Positions 24,201-34,041 of a DNA stretch of 64,000 bases are shown here, in pieces (the first letter of the stretch is position 1; every line of letters starts with the position of its first letter). The position numbers and the translations under genes are program-made. A model generated the notes under the pieces. That model searched no databases. It saw only the letters and a list, made by a program, of their open reading frames with translations, and was not told the origin of the DNA. Location: positions 868,001-932,000 of the forward strand of contig CDRNST010000382.1 of assembly GCA_977016875.1 (NCBI GenBank), read 5' to 3'. Source of the stretch: Pavona decussata. Lineage: Eukaryota.

Positions 24201-26057
24201 CCCGGCCGACCCCCGGGAATTAGGACTTTTTTGAAAATAAACTGGCAAATGCCCCACCGCCGGGACAAAATAGTTGTTCAAATGCCCCGGGGTGGTGGCT
24301 CAAACATGTCAGTAAAACTTAAGCTAATTCAGGCCAAATTAAGTCCTAGCTGGGTCTTGTTTCCCTTATTTAGTGCAAAAATAGGTCATTCTACAGCTCT
24401 AGCGTCCCATTTAATGTCCTTCCTAAACGTTTTCAATAAGAAACTTACTGTATTTGTTGATGAATTTGTCATTAAGGAAGCAACAATGCTGTAGGGTGAA
24501 AAAAGTGAGATGGTCAAATGCCCTGGGGTAATTGGGTGGAAGGCCAATGCCTGACCCCCAGGATGGACAGTGTAGGAAAATGCCCCACTATTGCCGGGAG
24601 GGGGGAGGGGATGGGCAATTGGATGGAATTGACTGATGCATTAAATTTTTACATATGAACCCACCTGATATCACTGCCAGACCTAATCAGGTTTATGTTA
24701 TGTGGTTCCACTTCAGGCAACCATTTTTCAATCTCCTCAATCCATGAAAATTTAACAGAAGATGGTACTACAATCAAGAGTGGCCAGGCATCTCTGTAGT
24801 AATAAGCAATACTTATTGCTTGGAGTGTTTTTCCAAGTCCCATCTAGTGAAAAAAAAGTCCCCTTTTTATTTAGTGAAAAACAAAAACATAAGAGTATTG
24901 CAGTAGAACTTGCTCTGTGACTTGCTTACTAGTCTATTACAAAAAGAATGCTTCTATATTAATTACATGTTTACAAACATGGGATGACAAGAAATTACGG
25001 CTAGGAGTTGAAAGGTAGATCGCCGACATCGCAACGATCGCTCCGATTGCCAGCATAGCTGGGACCATCACTGGTCCACTGGCCAAGGTTGTTCGAGAGC
25101 CGATTACATGTAACGCTAATCCCTGATTAAAAGTTCACCGAGGTTTGTATCTCTCTCGTTAAAAATGTTTTTAAAAGCTGATTTTGGGCTGATGGCAAAG
25201 AAAATTCTAAGTCAAAACTGAAGGGGAAAATCTTTTGGAAAAAAGCTTATGGATTAGTAATTAAACTCGAATCAAACTTCACGTTAACCCAGGATTAGTT
25301 TAATCGGGCTTTGAACAACTGGGCCCAGGAGAGTTGTTTCCATGATGTCCACAACAAATTATGATCGCTCAATCACTGAACTTTTTTTTCGAAGATAGTA
25401 GCGATCGTAGCGATCATATGGAAACCAGGTCTTTAGGTATGCATGGGATTGAAGATTGTCATTAAGCTTAAGCCTAAGCAGGCAACGCTTAAGCTTAAGT
25501 TACTTGCAGGCATTCATTTTAAACATCAACACAACAAGAATGCGAGTGTGACATGAGAAATCGATGAAAAAAAATGTATGTATGGGATTGAAGATTGTCA
25601 TTAAGCTTAAGCCTAAGCAGGCAACGCTTAAGCTTAAGTTACTTGCAGGCATTCATTTTAAACATCAACACAACAAGAATGCGAGTGTGACATGAGAAAT
25701 CGATGAAAAAAAATAAAGCTTACCTCGTCTCCGATTAAACATCTGTACCAATGAGAAGGCCACATAGAATGCAAGAAATAAAAAAAAAAGCCTGGTTAGT
25801 AAGCGTTTCCGCAATAATTTGCTGTGAAAGGCAGATCACTGTGAAACAATGACCCATTTAAATGTCGAGCATCGAGCATGACACACAATTGTGAACGTGT
25901 AGAAAGAAAAACTGAGTTGCTTAGTTGAATTTTAACGTTCTCGTTACCTTCCTTGTTTGCTTATTCCAAATCGAACACCCTCTTTTTGAAAATTAAGTAA
26001 GGATCTTCGCAGCGAACGAGGTAAAAAGTCCAAACTTATTGGAGAGGAAGCTGCCAT
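1162..26057 (-). CDS. ZRANB3: DNA annealing helicase and endonuclease ZRANB3, 21 coding exons, about 1947 aa
   Basis: Phase-consistent GT-AG exons: 26057-25948, 25742-25724, 24843-24665, 22446-22212, 21922-21804, 20661-20589, 19595-19518, 18966-18826, 18019-17852, 17434-17363, 16199-16020, 14731-14576, 13603-13357, 11165-8116, 6706-6576, 6062-5978, 5715-5674, 5037-4908, 3856-3633, 3032-2823, 1356-1162 (5844 nt). Motifs: DEMGLGKT (Walker A), ILDESH (Walker B), [16 protein letters not shown] (motif VI), PIP box QTDLRSFF, two NZF fingers, SRD-like [19 protein letters not shown]...[30 protein letters not shown] (HNH), terminal DISTFF. The domain order is diagnostic of ZRANB3 rather than SMARCAL1. 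Confidence 0.95.
2447..2726. mobile_element. PIF/Harbinger-type MITE
   Basis: TIR AGGCTGGTTTTCACTAGCGACGGAGTCG; TTA target-site duplication (TSD). Confidence 0.85.
3104..3400. repeat. Hairpin-ended interspersed repeat
   Basis: Stem 3104-3222 (aacagttattccac...gtggaataattgtt) with loop core aacgaggcacgtagcgccgag. Confidence 0.65.
5405..5655. repeat. Hairpin-ended repeat, same family as 11535-11830 and 51705-51935
   Basis: Shared atcaaacac...tgtttcatc...ccaaacacctcga, with core ctcggctgcgcc. Confidence 0.7.
6222..6375 (+). mobile_element. tRNA-derived SINE-like repeat
   Basis: A box TAGCTCAGTGG, degenerate B box, no acceptor stem; related minus-strand copy at about 54520-54700. Confidence 0.7.
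7509..8035. mobile_element. Foldback MITE with near-perfect TIRs of about 225 bp
   Basis: AATAGGCCTTATCACGGTTTTCGACG...CGTCGAAAACCGTGATAAGGCCTATT; no clear TSD. Confidence 0.85.
8116..11165 (-). CDS. ZRANB3: ZRANB3 3050-nt exon with two RanBP2/NZF zinc fingers
   Basis: Open frame from acceptor actag to donor GAG|gtaaac; [20 protein letters not shown] (9742-9813) and [20 protein letters not shown] (9343-9414). Confidence 0.9.
11199..11438. mobile_element. Tc1/mariner-type MITE
   Basis: TIR CAGCTATTTCAATT(A/G)ACGTTGTCGGATCAAAG; TA TSD. Confidence 0.85.
11535..11830. repeat. Hairpin-ended repeat
   Basis: Stem 11537-11680; near-identical reverse-complement copy at 51720-51935. Confidence 0.8.
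12318..12515. mobile_element. Penelope-like pseudo-LTR remnant with a degenerate minimal hammerhead ribozyme
   Basis: Inverted arms gttgataaggta..aaagagattcgag and ctcgaatctcttt..taccttatcaac around the minus-strand sequence CGAAGGGCTAACGCTCGAAATGTC. Confidence 0.55.
13159..13318. mobile_element. Palindromic MITE with CATCCTC...GAGAATG termini
   Basis: Near-perfect hairpin; degenerate 9-bp TSD (caataattt/aaatgattc). Confidence 0.8.
13357..13603 (-). CDS. ZRANB3: ZRANB3 exon with PCNA PIP box QTDLRSFF
   Basis: Qxx[LIM]xxFF directly after the helicase; acceptor ttttgcag, donor gtaaag. Confidence 0.88.
13857..14104. mobile_element. Harbinger-like MITE
   Basis: TIR gtgatgttacacgggacgattcgcaa / ttgcgaatcgtcctgtgtaacagtcac. 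Confidence 0.7.
14876..15267. mobile_element. TTAA-flanked MITE (Kolobok-like)
   Basis: ttaa|GGACGGTGC...GCACCGTTC|ttaa; fragments also near 17035, 22575 and 23680-23790. Confidence 0.75.
19882..20322. mobile_element. Non-autonomous DNA element
   Basis: Inverted tcaagtgacgggatgatc / gatcatccccgtcacttga, with repeated aacccaaaaaaatcc motifs. Confidence 0.6.
20357..20541. mobile_element. Tc1/mariner-type MITE
   Basis: ta|CAGTCAACT...AGTTGACTG|ta. Confidence 0.75.
24151..24642. mobile_element. TIR element with GC-rich subtermini
   Basis: atgcatcagtcaatt / aattgactgatgcat; repeated caaatgcccc. An element of similar style lies at 42300-42715. Confidence 0.7.
25018..25430. mobile_element. Nested MITEs
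   Basis: Inner element ggccaaggttgttcga...ttgaacaactgggcc (about 25081-25328) inside a gatcgc-repeat element ending atatggaaaccagg. Confidence 0.6.
25443..25714. repeat. Near-perfect 139-bp tandem duplication
   Basis: atgggattgaagattgtc...gatgaaaaaaaat occurs at 25443 and 25582. Confidence 0.95.
25724..25742 (-). CDS. ZRANB3: ZRANB3 19-nt micro-exon (CLIGDE)
   Basis: cag|ATGTTTAATCGGAGACGAG|gtaagc joins GR of exon 1 to MGLGKT in the correct phase. Confidence 0.9.
25948..26057 (-). CDS. ZRANB3: ZRANB3 coding exon 1 ([37 protein letters not shown])
   Basis: ATG at 26057 in caacaaATGG context, just after an in-frame TGA; Q-motif LLNFQKEGV; donor GTAACG. Missed by the ORF track. Confidence 0.9.
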
Positions 26058-26664
26058 TTGTTGTTCCCGCCATCACATGAGGACAACTTGTATCCAGTCC
26101 ACTCGCAATCTCCAAAGCCCGCGCAATAATAAGATCCTGGAGACTGGAGACGAGATCGTAGTAAACAAAAATGGCGGCTTAGTGAAGAAGAAATTTTCAC
26201 TTTCAAGCGACTGAACTCCTCAGCTTCCCTGATGATCTCGAGTTTAATGTGAAACCTCCCTTCGCAGTCAGTTTTGTATGGTATGTATACACGTAGCATT
26301 TTTCCTAATAAATGTTAAAATATAGCGAGGAAATTGCAAGGCTCTTTGAACGAAGATGCCATGAACTGAACATGATGAAGTTTCCTTTCTCCTTTCAGTA
26401 GGGAAAACGTGCGAAACAAGGGGGTTGCACGCCGCTCAGCCTGGCTGCAGCTTCTTCTGATAACCATAAACTGCACTCATCATCATCATAGCTTTATTTA
26501 ATTAAACACGGTATCAATTCGTATAAATTCGTACAAATTAATTATAAGCCAGGGTGCATTCCGCGTCAACATCACGCCGAAGGAACGCCAAGGACGTCTT
26601 AATTCCACGCCAAGCCGAAAATTCACCTGGTAATACTGGTAAATTGGGGCTTAGGTAAACTCAT

Positions 26665-26783
26665 TGCTACGCAACCTAAGCAGCTGTGAAAAGAAAGCCT
26701 GAAAAAAAAAATTCAGGGTTGAACGGGATTCGAACCCATGACCTTCGCGATGCCGATGCAGTACTCTACCAGCTGAGCTATCA
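26665..26783 (-). mobile_element. tRNA-derived SINE-like head
   Basis: Minus strand TAGCTCAGCTGG (A box), GGTTCGAATCC (B box), then an oligo-T run. Confidence 0.75.
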
Positions 26784-26939
26784 ATAAGATATGTTCTTCC
26801 ATAAGATATGTTCTTCCATCGTGCATTCTGTCTAAAATCCTACTATGAATAAAATAACGCTCAAAAATTATGGAGCGTTATTTGGTTACGTATACCTTGT
26901 CATTACAAAATAATTTAATTTAATTTAATTTGCCGGCAG

Positions 26940-27735
26940 GAATTCTTTAAAGGAATTCATAGTGGTTTGATTTTTTTGTTTGAGTGGGAAGGCCGTTCCA
27001 GAGCATAGCACCTCAATGGTGAAAACTACATTTTCCTGCCTCAGACAGTGGCCTGGGAATGAATAAATTCTGATCCGAACTCCTTAAATTGTGGGTATGA
27101 ATTTTTATGTCTTTTGAAAATGTAATGGAGGCGAGTTGGGAAGAGACCATTTACGACCTTATATATAGTAACTGTCAACTCTTTAGCATGCCTTTGTTCA
27201 AGTGTATCCCAGTCAAGGTCATATAGTAAACATAAAACTAGAGGATGGTGTCGCATTACTAGAAAAAGCTGCAGGCAGCCCTATTTTGTAGCTTAATTGT
27301 AACCTGTCAGGTTGACATTTTCCTTTGCAACCCATACAGGGCTACAATAGTCAAAGCATGGTACTATAAAGGCATTGTACATGTTTATTAAGGTATCCCG
27401 TGGTACTAAAGCCTTAGTTTGCTTTAAAACAGCCAGGCTACCCGACACTTTTTTTACTATATGGTCAATAAGAGAGCGCCATGCAAGAGTGCATCTATTT
27501 TGATTCCTAAATATCTGTGACTTTTGACTCTGTCCATTTGACGTCCATCAATTTTTATATCCGGGTCAGTGGTGAACTGAGTGAGCGAGTTTATATTGAT
27601 TGACAATAATGGAATATTTAGGTTTAGGATCTTATGATCCATCCTATCAAAAGATTTCTTAAGATAAAGGAAAAGCACTCCGTTAAGTAAGCCATTATCT
27701 ATATTAGAATACCAATCATTAGTTATCATTAGCAC
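26940..27735 (-). mobile_element. Degenerate L2/CR1-group LINE reverse-transcriptase fragment
   Basis: NDWYSNIDNGLLNGVLFLYLKKSFDRMDHKIL and KSHRYLGIKID; contains stops and an internal deletion. Confidence 0.8.
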
Positions 27736-28827
27736 TGAAAAGCAAAGATAAATGATGAAAAGACCACAGTGTTTCTCTAAACAGTAAACTCAGATTGCAT
27801 GCTAACTGTGCCAATTATTTTAACAGTGTAACTTGTAACAAGTCAAAAATCATTCTTAATAACAGCAGATAGTAATAAAATTGTTACCATTCAATGACTC
27901 AATTTTTATTGATTTCTATTGCCAATTGATAGTAATCAAACTCACAACTTCAAATAAGCACCCCTTCCTATGGCCAAGCTAATATGCACCTCCCCTCCCC
28001 CCTCAAGAAACTGCCCTTCCCCCTGTTTTTGTTTTGTTTTTGTTTTTGTTTTTTTTTTTGCGGGGGGGGAGGTGGTGATAACTGAGACCACAAAGCTTGA
28101 GTATTGTGCTGGTTGTGTCGCGCATCTGATTCATCATTTTGTAGAATCATTCAGTATTCAGTAATCAAAGTTGAACTGCTCTTGTGAAAACAAGAAACCA
28201 GTTCTTTTCTTTCATGTCACATCTCACAATTTCTGGTCCATTTCTTTACAACACACCAATGAAACATGCTGCTAGTGAACAACTAGTAAACAGCTAAATG
28301 TATATTAAAACACAGGTTACTGTGTGCTGCTGTTTACATGCAAATGTTATTAATAATGCAAAAAAAAGATGTCCATCTTACTGACCACGATTTGGGAAAA
28401 TTAATAAAATAAGCTAACCCCAATAATATGCCCCTCCCAATGTACCCTAAGTTTGGAATAAGTGCCCCTGGTTCTTATTCAATTATTAACAGTATCTGTT
28501 TTAAGTCCGTTGGGGAAATCAAATGTAAGCTAATGAGTACTTTCCTGTGGTGCCGCTTTAATAATTATAGTCTGTGGGTGAAATCATATAGCGTGACAAT
28601 TTCAATGGAAGCATTGCTTTTCTGTGACACTGTGTGTATCAGTATCTAATAAAGCAATATATATTTTTTCTGTTTCTATTTATTGTTTTTTTTTTTTTTT
28701 CAGTTTCTATCTTTCGTTTTCTCTCAGTTTCTATCTAGATGTTAATGCGTGGTGTAATTTAAATTGACTCTTCTTGTTGTTATTGAATTGTAGACTCTGG
28801 ATCATGTAACAGACAATACAACATAAT

Positions 28828-30558
28828 ATGGCTGCAAAACCAGACAGTGAAAATTGTTCAGAAAGTGGCAGCATGAACCAGCTTGACGTATTTTTGAAGG
28901 AAATAGCAGAAACAAAAGCAAAGTTTCCAGACGACCAAAACGCTCGCATTATTCACGACGAGTTGGATGATATCATACAGGAAGCCGTGCTAGACCTTTC
29001 TGGTAAATACCGATTGTTCCACAATGCTAGTATCCAACAAGGTGGTAGTATGGTTGATGGTACCAAGATTGGACAGCCTGATGAATTCGACTATGTCATT
29101 GTTCTACCTGCGCTTCAAGAACAGTTGGTTACAATGAAAGAGGGCGAGCCCTTTTATGCCAACTCTTACGATATCAACATGCAGTCGACAAAGCTCCCTT
29201 TGAAGATGAAGGACCTCACATTCATGGACGATGTTCTTTGTCCTGAGTGGTGCGATGAAAACGAAAACAAAAAGAGGAAAAGTCAACAACTTATTTTTAA
29301 GGATGGAAAAAGTCCTTGGAGAGATGAAATCGCATCAATGGTGTCTGTGGCAATTTATCGATCCCTGAATGCTTCACTTGGAAAATACCAAAAGTGGCAA
29401 TATGTTGCAAGATTAAAATGTCCTTCTGGGAAAACCTATCTTCAAATTCTCAAGTTTTCTTGTGATGGGTTTGAGACATTTGTCTCAGTTGACATTTGCT
29501 TGGCCATAAGGATTCCCTACACGTCAGCTGATCAAGATCCTTTGCAACTCATTTTTGAGTTCTGGTCAATCAATGCTGTATCGTGCACCAGGAGATCAGA
29601 ATCCACGTGGGAAACTACCGCAGTGAGGTCACTAGAAATTAATTCAGTGGAAAAACAATGCTACCGTGTTGTGAAGTACCTCATTCAAACATTTCTTGAA
29701 TCATACTTTGACATCTACACGATGAGTTACAAGATAGTGATAGAAACGTACACACTGAAGACCATGTTCTTGAAAGTCCTGATGGAAAGTGAGACGAGAT
29801 GGGAATCACACCAACTTGGCGTGAAGGTCCTAGAGATCCTTGGATTGATTAAGCAGGATCTGAGCACAGTAGTACAACAGAGTACGTGTAATTCTAGCTC
29901 CATTCCACTCATTCACCCTCTGAGAGTTTCCCTCGATTACTGCCTGCATCCTGTCTCTGCCGAACCAGCCTTGTTCCCAAGATCTAAGTTGACCTCAACC
30001 AAAGCAAATAGAGAAGCAATTTTTCAAAGGCCTAGTGCTATTAAAGACCAAGTATCAACTCTCATCGACCTTCTTCTCATGGTTAGGGACACTGAGAAAG
30101 GCAGAGAGCATTTCTTGTCGCAAATTGAGTCGATCGAAAAGCTGCGTGTTCGCTTGAAAAATGGAACCTACCAGATTCCCATAATGGAAGCGCTTCAGGA
30201 GAGAAATGATGCCAGTGGTGTCTACAACAACTTTCTGACGATATGGCATGTTCTTCACAGAAACGATTTCAAGAGCTATATGCGAAAGACGAAGATTGGC
30301 ATTGTGGTTCATCCTGAAAGTAAAGCTGATGACTGCATCGTGTTCCCCAAAACGTTTCCTCTCCTTGGATTTCTTAATTGCCGCCTGTTTGATGAGGGTG
30401 ATCAAAACCTTGACGAGAGTGGCACAGAAATTTTAGAGATGGACGTATTTGAACATGCTGATCGCAACCAAGTGGTTTGTTGGAATGTAAATGATTCCGT
30501 GAATCTAAAGGTCATTATACAAGAAGAACTTTGTTCATTTTGTGCTTCAAGTCGATAA
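28828..30558 (+). CDS. cGAS-like receptor (cGLR), Mab21-family nucleotidyltransferase, 576 aa, uninterrupted ORF
   Basis: GGSMVDGTKIGQPDEFDYVIV (GS loop plus E86/D88), VSVDICLAI (D222), RRSESTWE, CYRVVKYL, ETYTLKTMFL and W..HQLG match cGAS/Mab21 motifs in order. Confidence 0.9.
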   Translation: MAAKPDSENCSESGSMNQLDVFLKEIAETKAKFPDDQNARIIHDELDDIIQEAVLDLSGKYRLFHNASIQQGGSMVDGTKIGQPDEFDYVIVLPALQEQLVTMKEGEPFYANSYDINMQSTKLPLKMKDLTFMDDVLCPEWCDENENKKRKSQQLIFKDGKSPWRDEIASMVSVAIYRSLNASLGKYQKWQYVARLKCPSGKTYLQILKFSCDGFETFVSVDICLAIRIPYTSADQDPLQLIFEFWSINAVSCTRRSESTWETTAVRSLEINSVEKQCYRVVKYLIQTFLESYFDIYTMSYKIVIETYTLKTMFLKVLMESETRWESHQLGVKVLEILGLIKQDLSTVVQQSTCNSSSIPLIHPLRVSLDYCLHPVSAEPALFPRSKLTSTKANREAIFQRPSAIKDQVSTLIDLLLMVRDTEKGREHFLSQIESIEKLRVRLKNGTYQIPIMEALQERNDASGVYNNFLTIWHVLHRNDFKSYMRKTKIGIVVHPESKADDCIVFPKTFPLLGFLNCRLFDEGDQNLDESGTEILEMDVFEHADRNQVVCWNVNDSVNLKVIIQEELCSFCASSR

Positions 30559-30630
30559 GGTTTCTAACTAGAGGATGATAAAATAGTGCCCTAGTGAATA
30601 AGCTGACAAGGTGTTTCACAGGGAAGAAAA

Positions 30631-30990
30631 AGGGAGCTTGAGCAACGGCGACGACAACGGCAACGAAAACGAAAATATAACTTTATTTCATTTGTGCTAC
30701 TTTGCGATTATTTCAACTCGCTCAACTTTTACAAAAATGGCGAACTATCCAGGAACCAAATTGGTCGGAGAGGCGTACAAGTTAAGAAAGAAAATGAAAA
30801 ATTCACCGTCGTCCGTTGACGTTCTCCACAAAAACCTTAAATTTGGTCATTTCACGTTGTTGTTTTGCAGAGAACGACAAAGAAATGTACCAAAATGTAA
30901 AACGCACGTGCAGAGCGATTGTTTTTATTCCTCAAACCTTGTTTTGCGGCGTTGTCGTTGACGGTGCCGTCGTCGTGCTTAAGCTCCCTA
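30631..30990. mobile_element. MITE 72 bp downstream of the cGLR stop
   Basis: agggagcttgagca / gcttaagctccct; related copy at 31703-32083 in the opposite orientation. Confidence 0.8.
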
Positions 30991-31536
30991 ATTTTTTTAA
31001 AGCGATGGAAAGCAATACCTTACGAAGGATGAAAACTATTTATTAAGTGAGTGATGTGAATTTTCTCGATAAGTCTTAGCTGGCTTTGGAACTGGAAACA
31101 GCAAAGCAAACAAACCGCAAAAAAAAAAGAAGAAACTGAAAAACAATAATTATTTTATGTAGTTAATGTCGATATTTTTTATGGAGAAATGTAGTGGCCT
31201 TCTTCCAGCATATTCACATATTGTGAGAAAATGGAACTGTAGACAGTTGATTTTACAGAAGCGTCAATAGAAGGACTACTGTCTTGAAGTAGAATGGATT
31301 AGTGTACGAAAGTTAAGCTAAATGATAAAACGTTTATTGCTGGTCCGTCGGGAAACCGTTTTATTAATAATAAATAAATAGATTTAAAACAAAATCTATA
31401 TTTTTAAATATAGTGTCAATTTATTTAGGACTAAGTGTCAATTGATTTAGCACTAACGGTGCTAATTAAGGCACTTTATACTGAACGCTTACCTTGAATG
31501 TCGACGTTTCTCTCAAATAACACCTTAGAATACTTA

Positions 31537-32657
31537 GGCCTAGGGCAAACGTCGAATCTAAGTCGCGTCGAATTTATTAAAAATAGGTTCGACAAAGAGT
31601 CGACTTAATTCCAGTGTGGTAGCAAACGTCGAACCTGCGTAGACCCTAATTCACCAGTTGCACTTCGTGAAACACGGCAATAAGCACGTGTCCCCGTGCT
31701 ATTAGGGACCTTATGAAAACACCACGGCGACGGCGACGACAAAGCCACAACATAAAAGGCTTAATGAGCAAAACCAATCGCTCTGCACGCGCGTTTTACA
31801 TTTTGGTACATTTCTTTGTCGTCCCCTGCAAAACAACAACGTGAAATGACCAAATTCAAGGTTTTGGGGAGAACGTGAACACACGACAGTGAATTCTCAT
31901 TCTCTTCCTTAACTCAGTTGTTAACTTGAACGGTACTCCCACCAATTTGATTCCTCGGTAGTTTGTCGTTTGTTTGCCAGTTGAATGAGTTAAAATAATC
32001 GCGAAGTAGTACAAATGAAATAAAGTTATACTTTCAAATGACGTTTTCGTTGGCGTCACCGTCTTGCATTCGTATGGTCCCTATTCACCCGATGCGCGGC
32101 TAGTTATTGCTAGGACTTGCAAGCGAAATGCCGAAATACAGTGCTTGTCGGGCTTTTCTTTGGCAATTAATTGCGAAAAATAGAAAGAGAAGACTCAAAC
32201 ACTGAGCATTTATTGCAAATAGGCAATTCGCATTTCAATCATTTATATTTAGTTTTCATGAAACACGAAAAATACATTTTCATCAAGCTCGCCATTTAAT
32301 TTCTGGTCGCGAAATTGTCTTTGTACAGCGCATGCTCGTCAGGGGGGAAATAGCGTTAGGCAGATGGGGGAGTCGGTATTTTTGTGACGTTTGCGCAGTC
32401 CATCACATTTGAATCAATTAGTTTGTAATTTGCATGATTTATGAATTGAGTTCAGCGCGTATTTAGAACGGCGTTTGCTGTAACGCCGAACCACTGTCGC
32501 ATTATCCGACTTGGCACGTCGAACTTATGCTGGAGTCGAACCAATTAATTTGAGTCGAACTTAATTGCGGCAAACGTCGCACCATTCATGCGCCTATTTC
32601 AAAATTAATAGGTTTGACGAATTAAGTTCGACTAAGATTCGACGTTTGCCCCAGGCC
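31537..32657. mobile_element. Harbinger-type element containing a nested MITE (31703-32083)
   Basis: tta|GGCCTAGGGCAAACGTCGAATCT...AGATTCGACGTTTGCCCCAGGCC|tta. Confidence 0.8.
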
Positions 32658-32806
32658 TTAGAGATTGTGAGTAGACGAAACAGTTTGTCAAATTAAGGGA
32701 CCAGTTATTACAAGTAAGCGTACAATATGTTATTGAGGCAGGCAACTAAACGAACAATCCGGAAGCCAAAAAGGCCCTGAATGGTGGATATAGCATGGCG
32801 TTTACT

Positions 32807-33191
32807 TGACTACGAGGAGTCCCTCTTTGGTTCGAAAATCCGCGGGGGAAACAAGCACGATATCCGAAGGGCGAGTCCCGCGCGAGCAACGAAGCCGCGA
32901 ATCGAGCCCCCAGTTGTTCAAAGAGCGGATAGCGCTCTCCAGTGGATAAATCGCTATCCAGCGGACAAAATGTACTCCAACCAATAACTTTTATCTGCTG
33001 GATAGCGATTTATCCACTGAATAAAGTTATCCGCTCTTTGAACAACCGGGGCCAGAAGGCGAGCGAAACGGCTCGTCTTCTGGCGTCCGCGCTACTCGGG
33101 GCTTTGCCGCTCGCGCTTCGAATTCGTGCTTGCTCAGTTGTTTGTGTTCTTCCCGCAGATTTTCGAGCAAAAGAGAAACTACTCGCAGTCT
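32807..33191. mobile_element. MITE containing a nested palindromic MITE (about 32905-33055)
   Basis: Outer gactacgag..ttcgaaaatc / gattttcgagc..ctcgcagtc; inner gttgttcaaagagcggata / tatccgctctttgaacaac. Confidence 0.7.
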
Positions 33192-34041
33192 GCGCGTTTA
33201 CACAAACGGCAAATGCCAGATTCTGGGTTATATTTCTTCAATAGAACAAGTAAATACATAAGAATAGTAAGCAAAACAACTCGCGTTTATCGCTAACGGG
33301 AAACTGCTCAACTTCTTAGAGAAACCGAAAACGGTAACCTAACAAGTCATGGTCACTTGTTATTTTCGGCCATTTGCCGTGACCGTGGTACTTAATCTAT
33401 GATATCCTTATTGCTCTATTGAATTGGTTGGAATATGATAGCTATAAAACTTTCGCCTTTAGCCTGTTACTCAACGTCTTTACAAAATAAAAGTGGATGT
33501 GCAATGACAGACGTCTAGTGGTCTAATATATCGGGGGCGGGGGGGAAGGGAGGGTAACGTGTTGTTATCCTGTGTATCCTGTTTTTTAAGTGAAGCACAA
33601 TATGTTTGTCCGTAGATTGAGAGATATACACGCTTTCCTTTTGAATGGAAAAGCCGGTCATTCTGGTAGGACAACAAATGGAATTTGGAATTTTTTGGAA
33701 AAAAGGAACAACTTCAGACGTATTCCTAGCTCTCTTCTCGTTTAAACCGAAATGACCGAAATATCACTGAACCATTTGCTTACGTACCATGCTCTTTGGT
33801 GAGATACGCAGTTTATTTCCCAAAATTGCCGGTTAAAGGAACCGTACCATTTTATTCCATTTGATTTTTTCTTCTTTTTTCATGCAAATGAAAAGCGCTC
33901 GAGAATTGTACTGTTCCATTTCGCGAAAATTCTCAACGAATTTTCCATACAAATGGAGAGCACTCATAATTTATGTCCAACTTAGCCGCTAAGGGTTATC
34001 TCCGAGTTGCACACATAAACCCAACTTTTTAGGAAAGAACC

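Noticed and set aside
26036-26299. 87-aa ORF as the ZRANB3 N-terminus
   Set aside because: It is out of frame with the helicase; at most an overlapping uORF, and the transcription start is unknown.
28711-28721. ISRE/IRF-like TTTCGTTTTC upstream of the cGLR
   Set aside because: Indistinguishable from the polypyrimidine tract of the adjacent splice acceptor.
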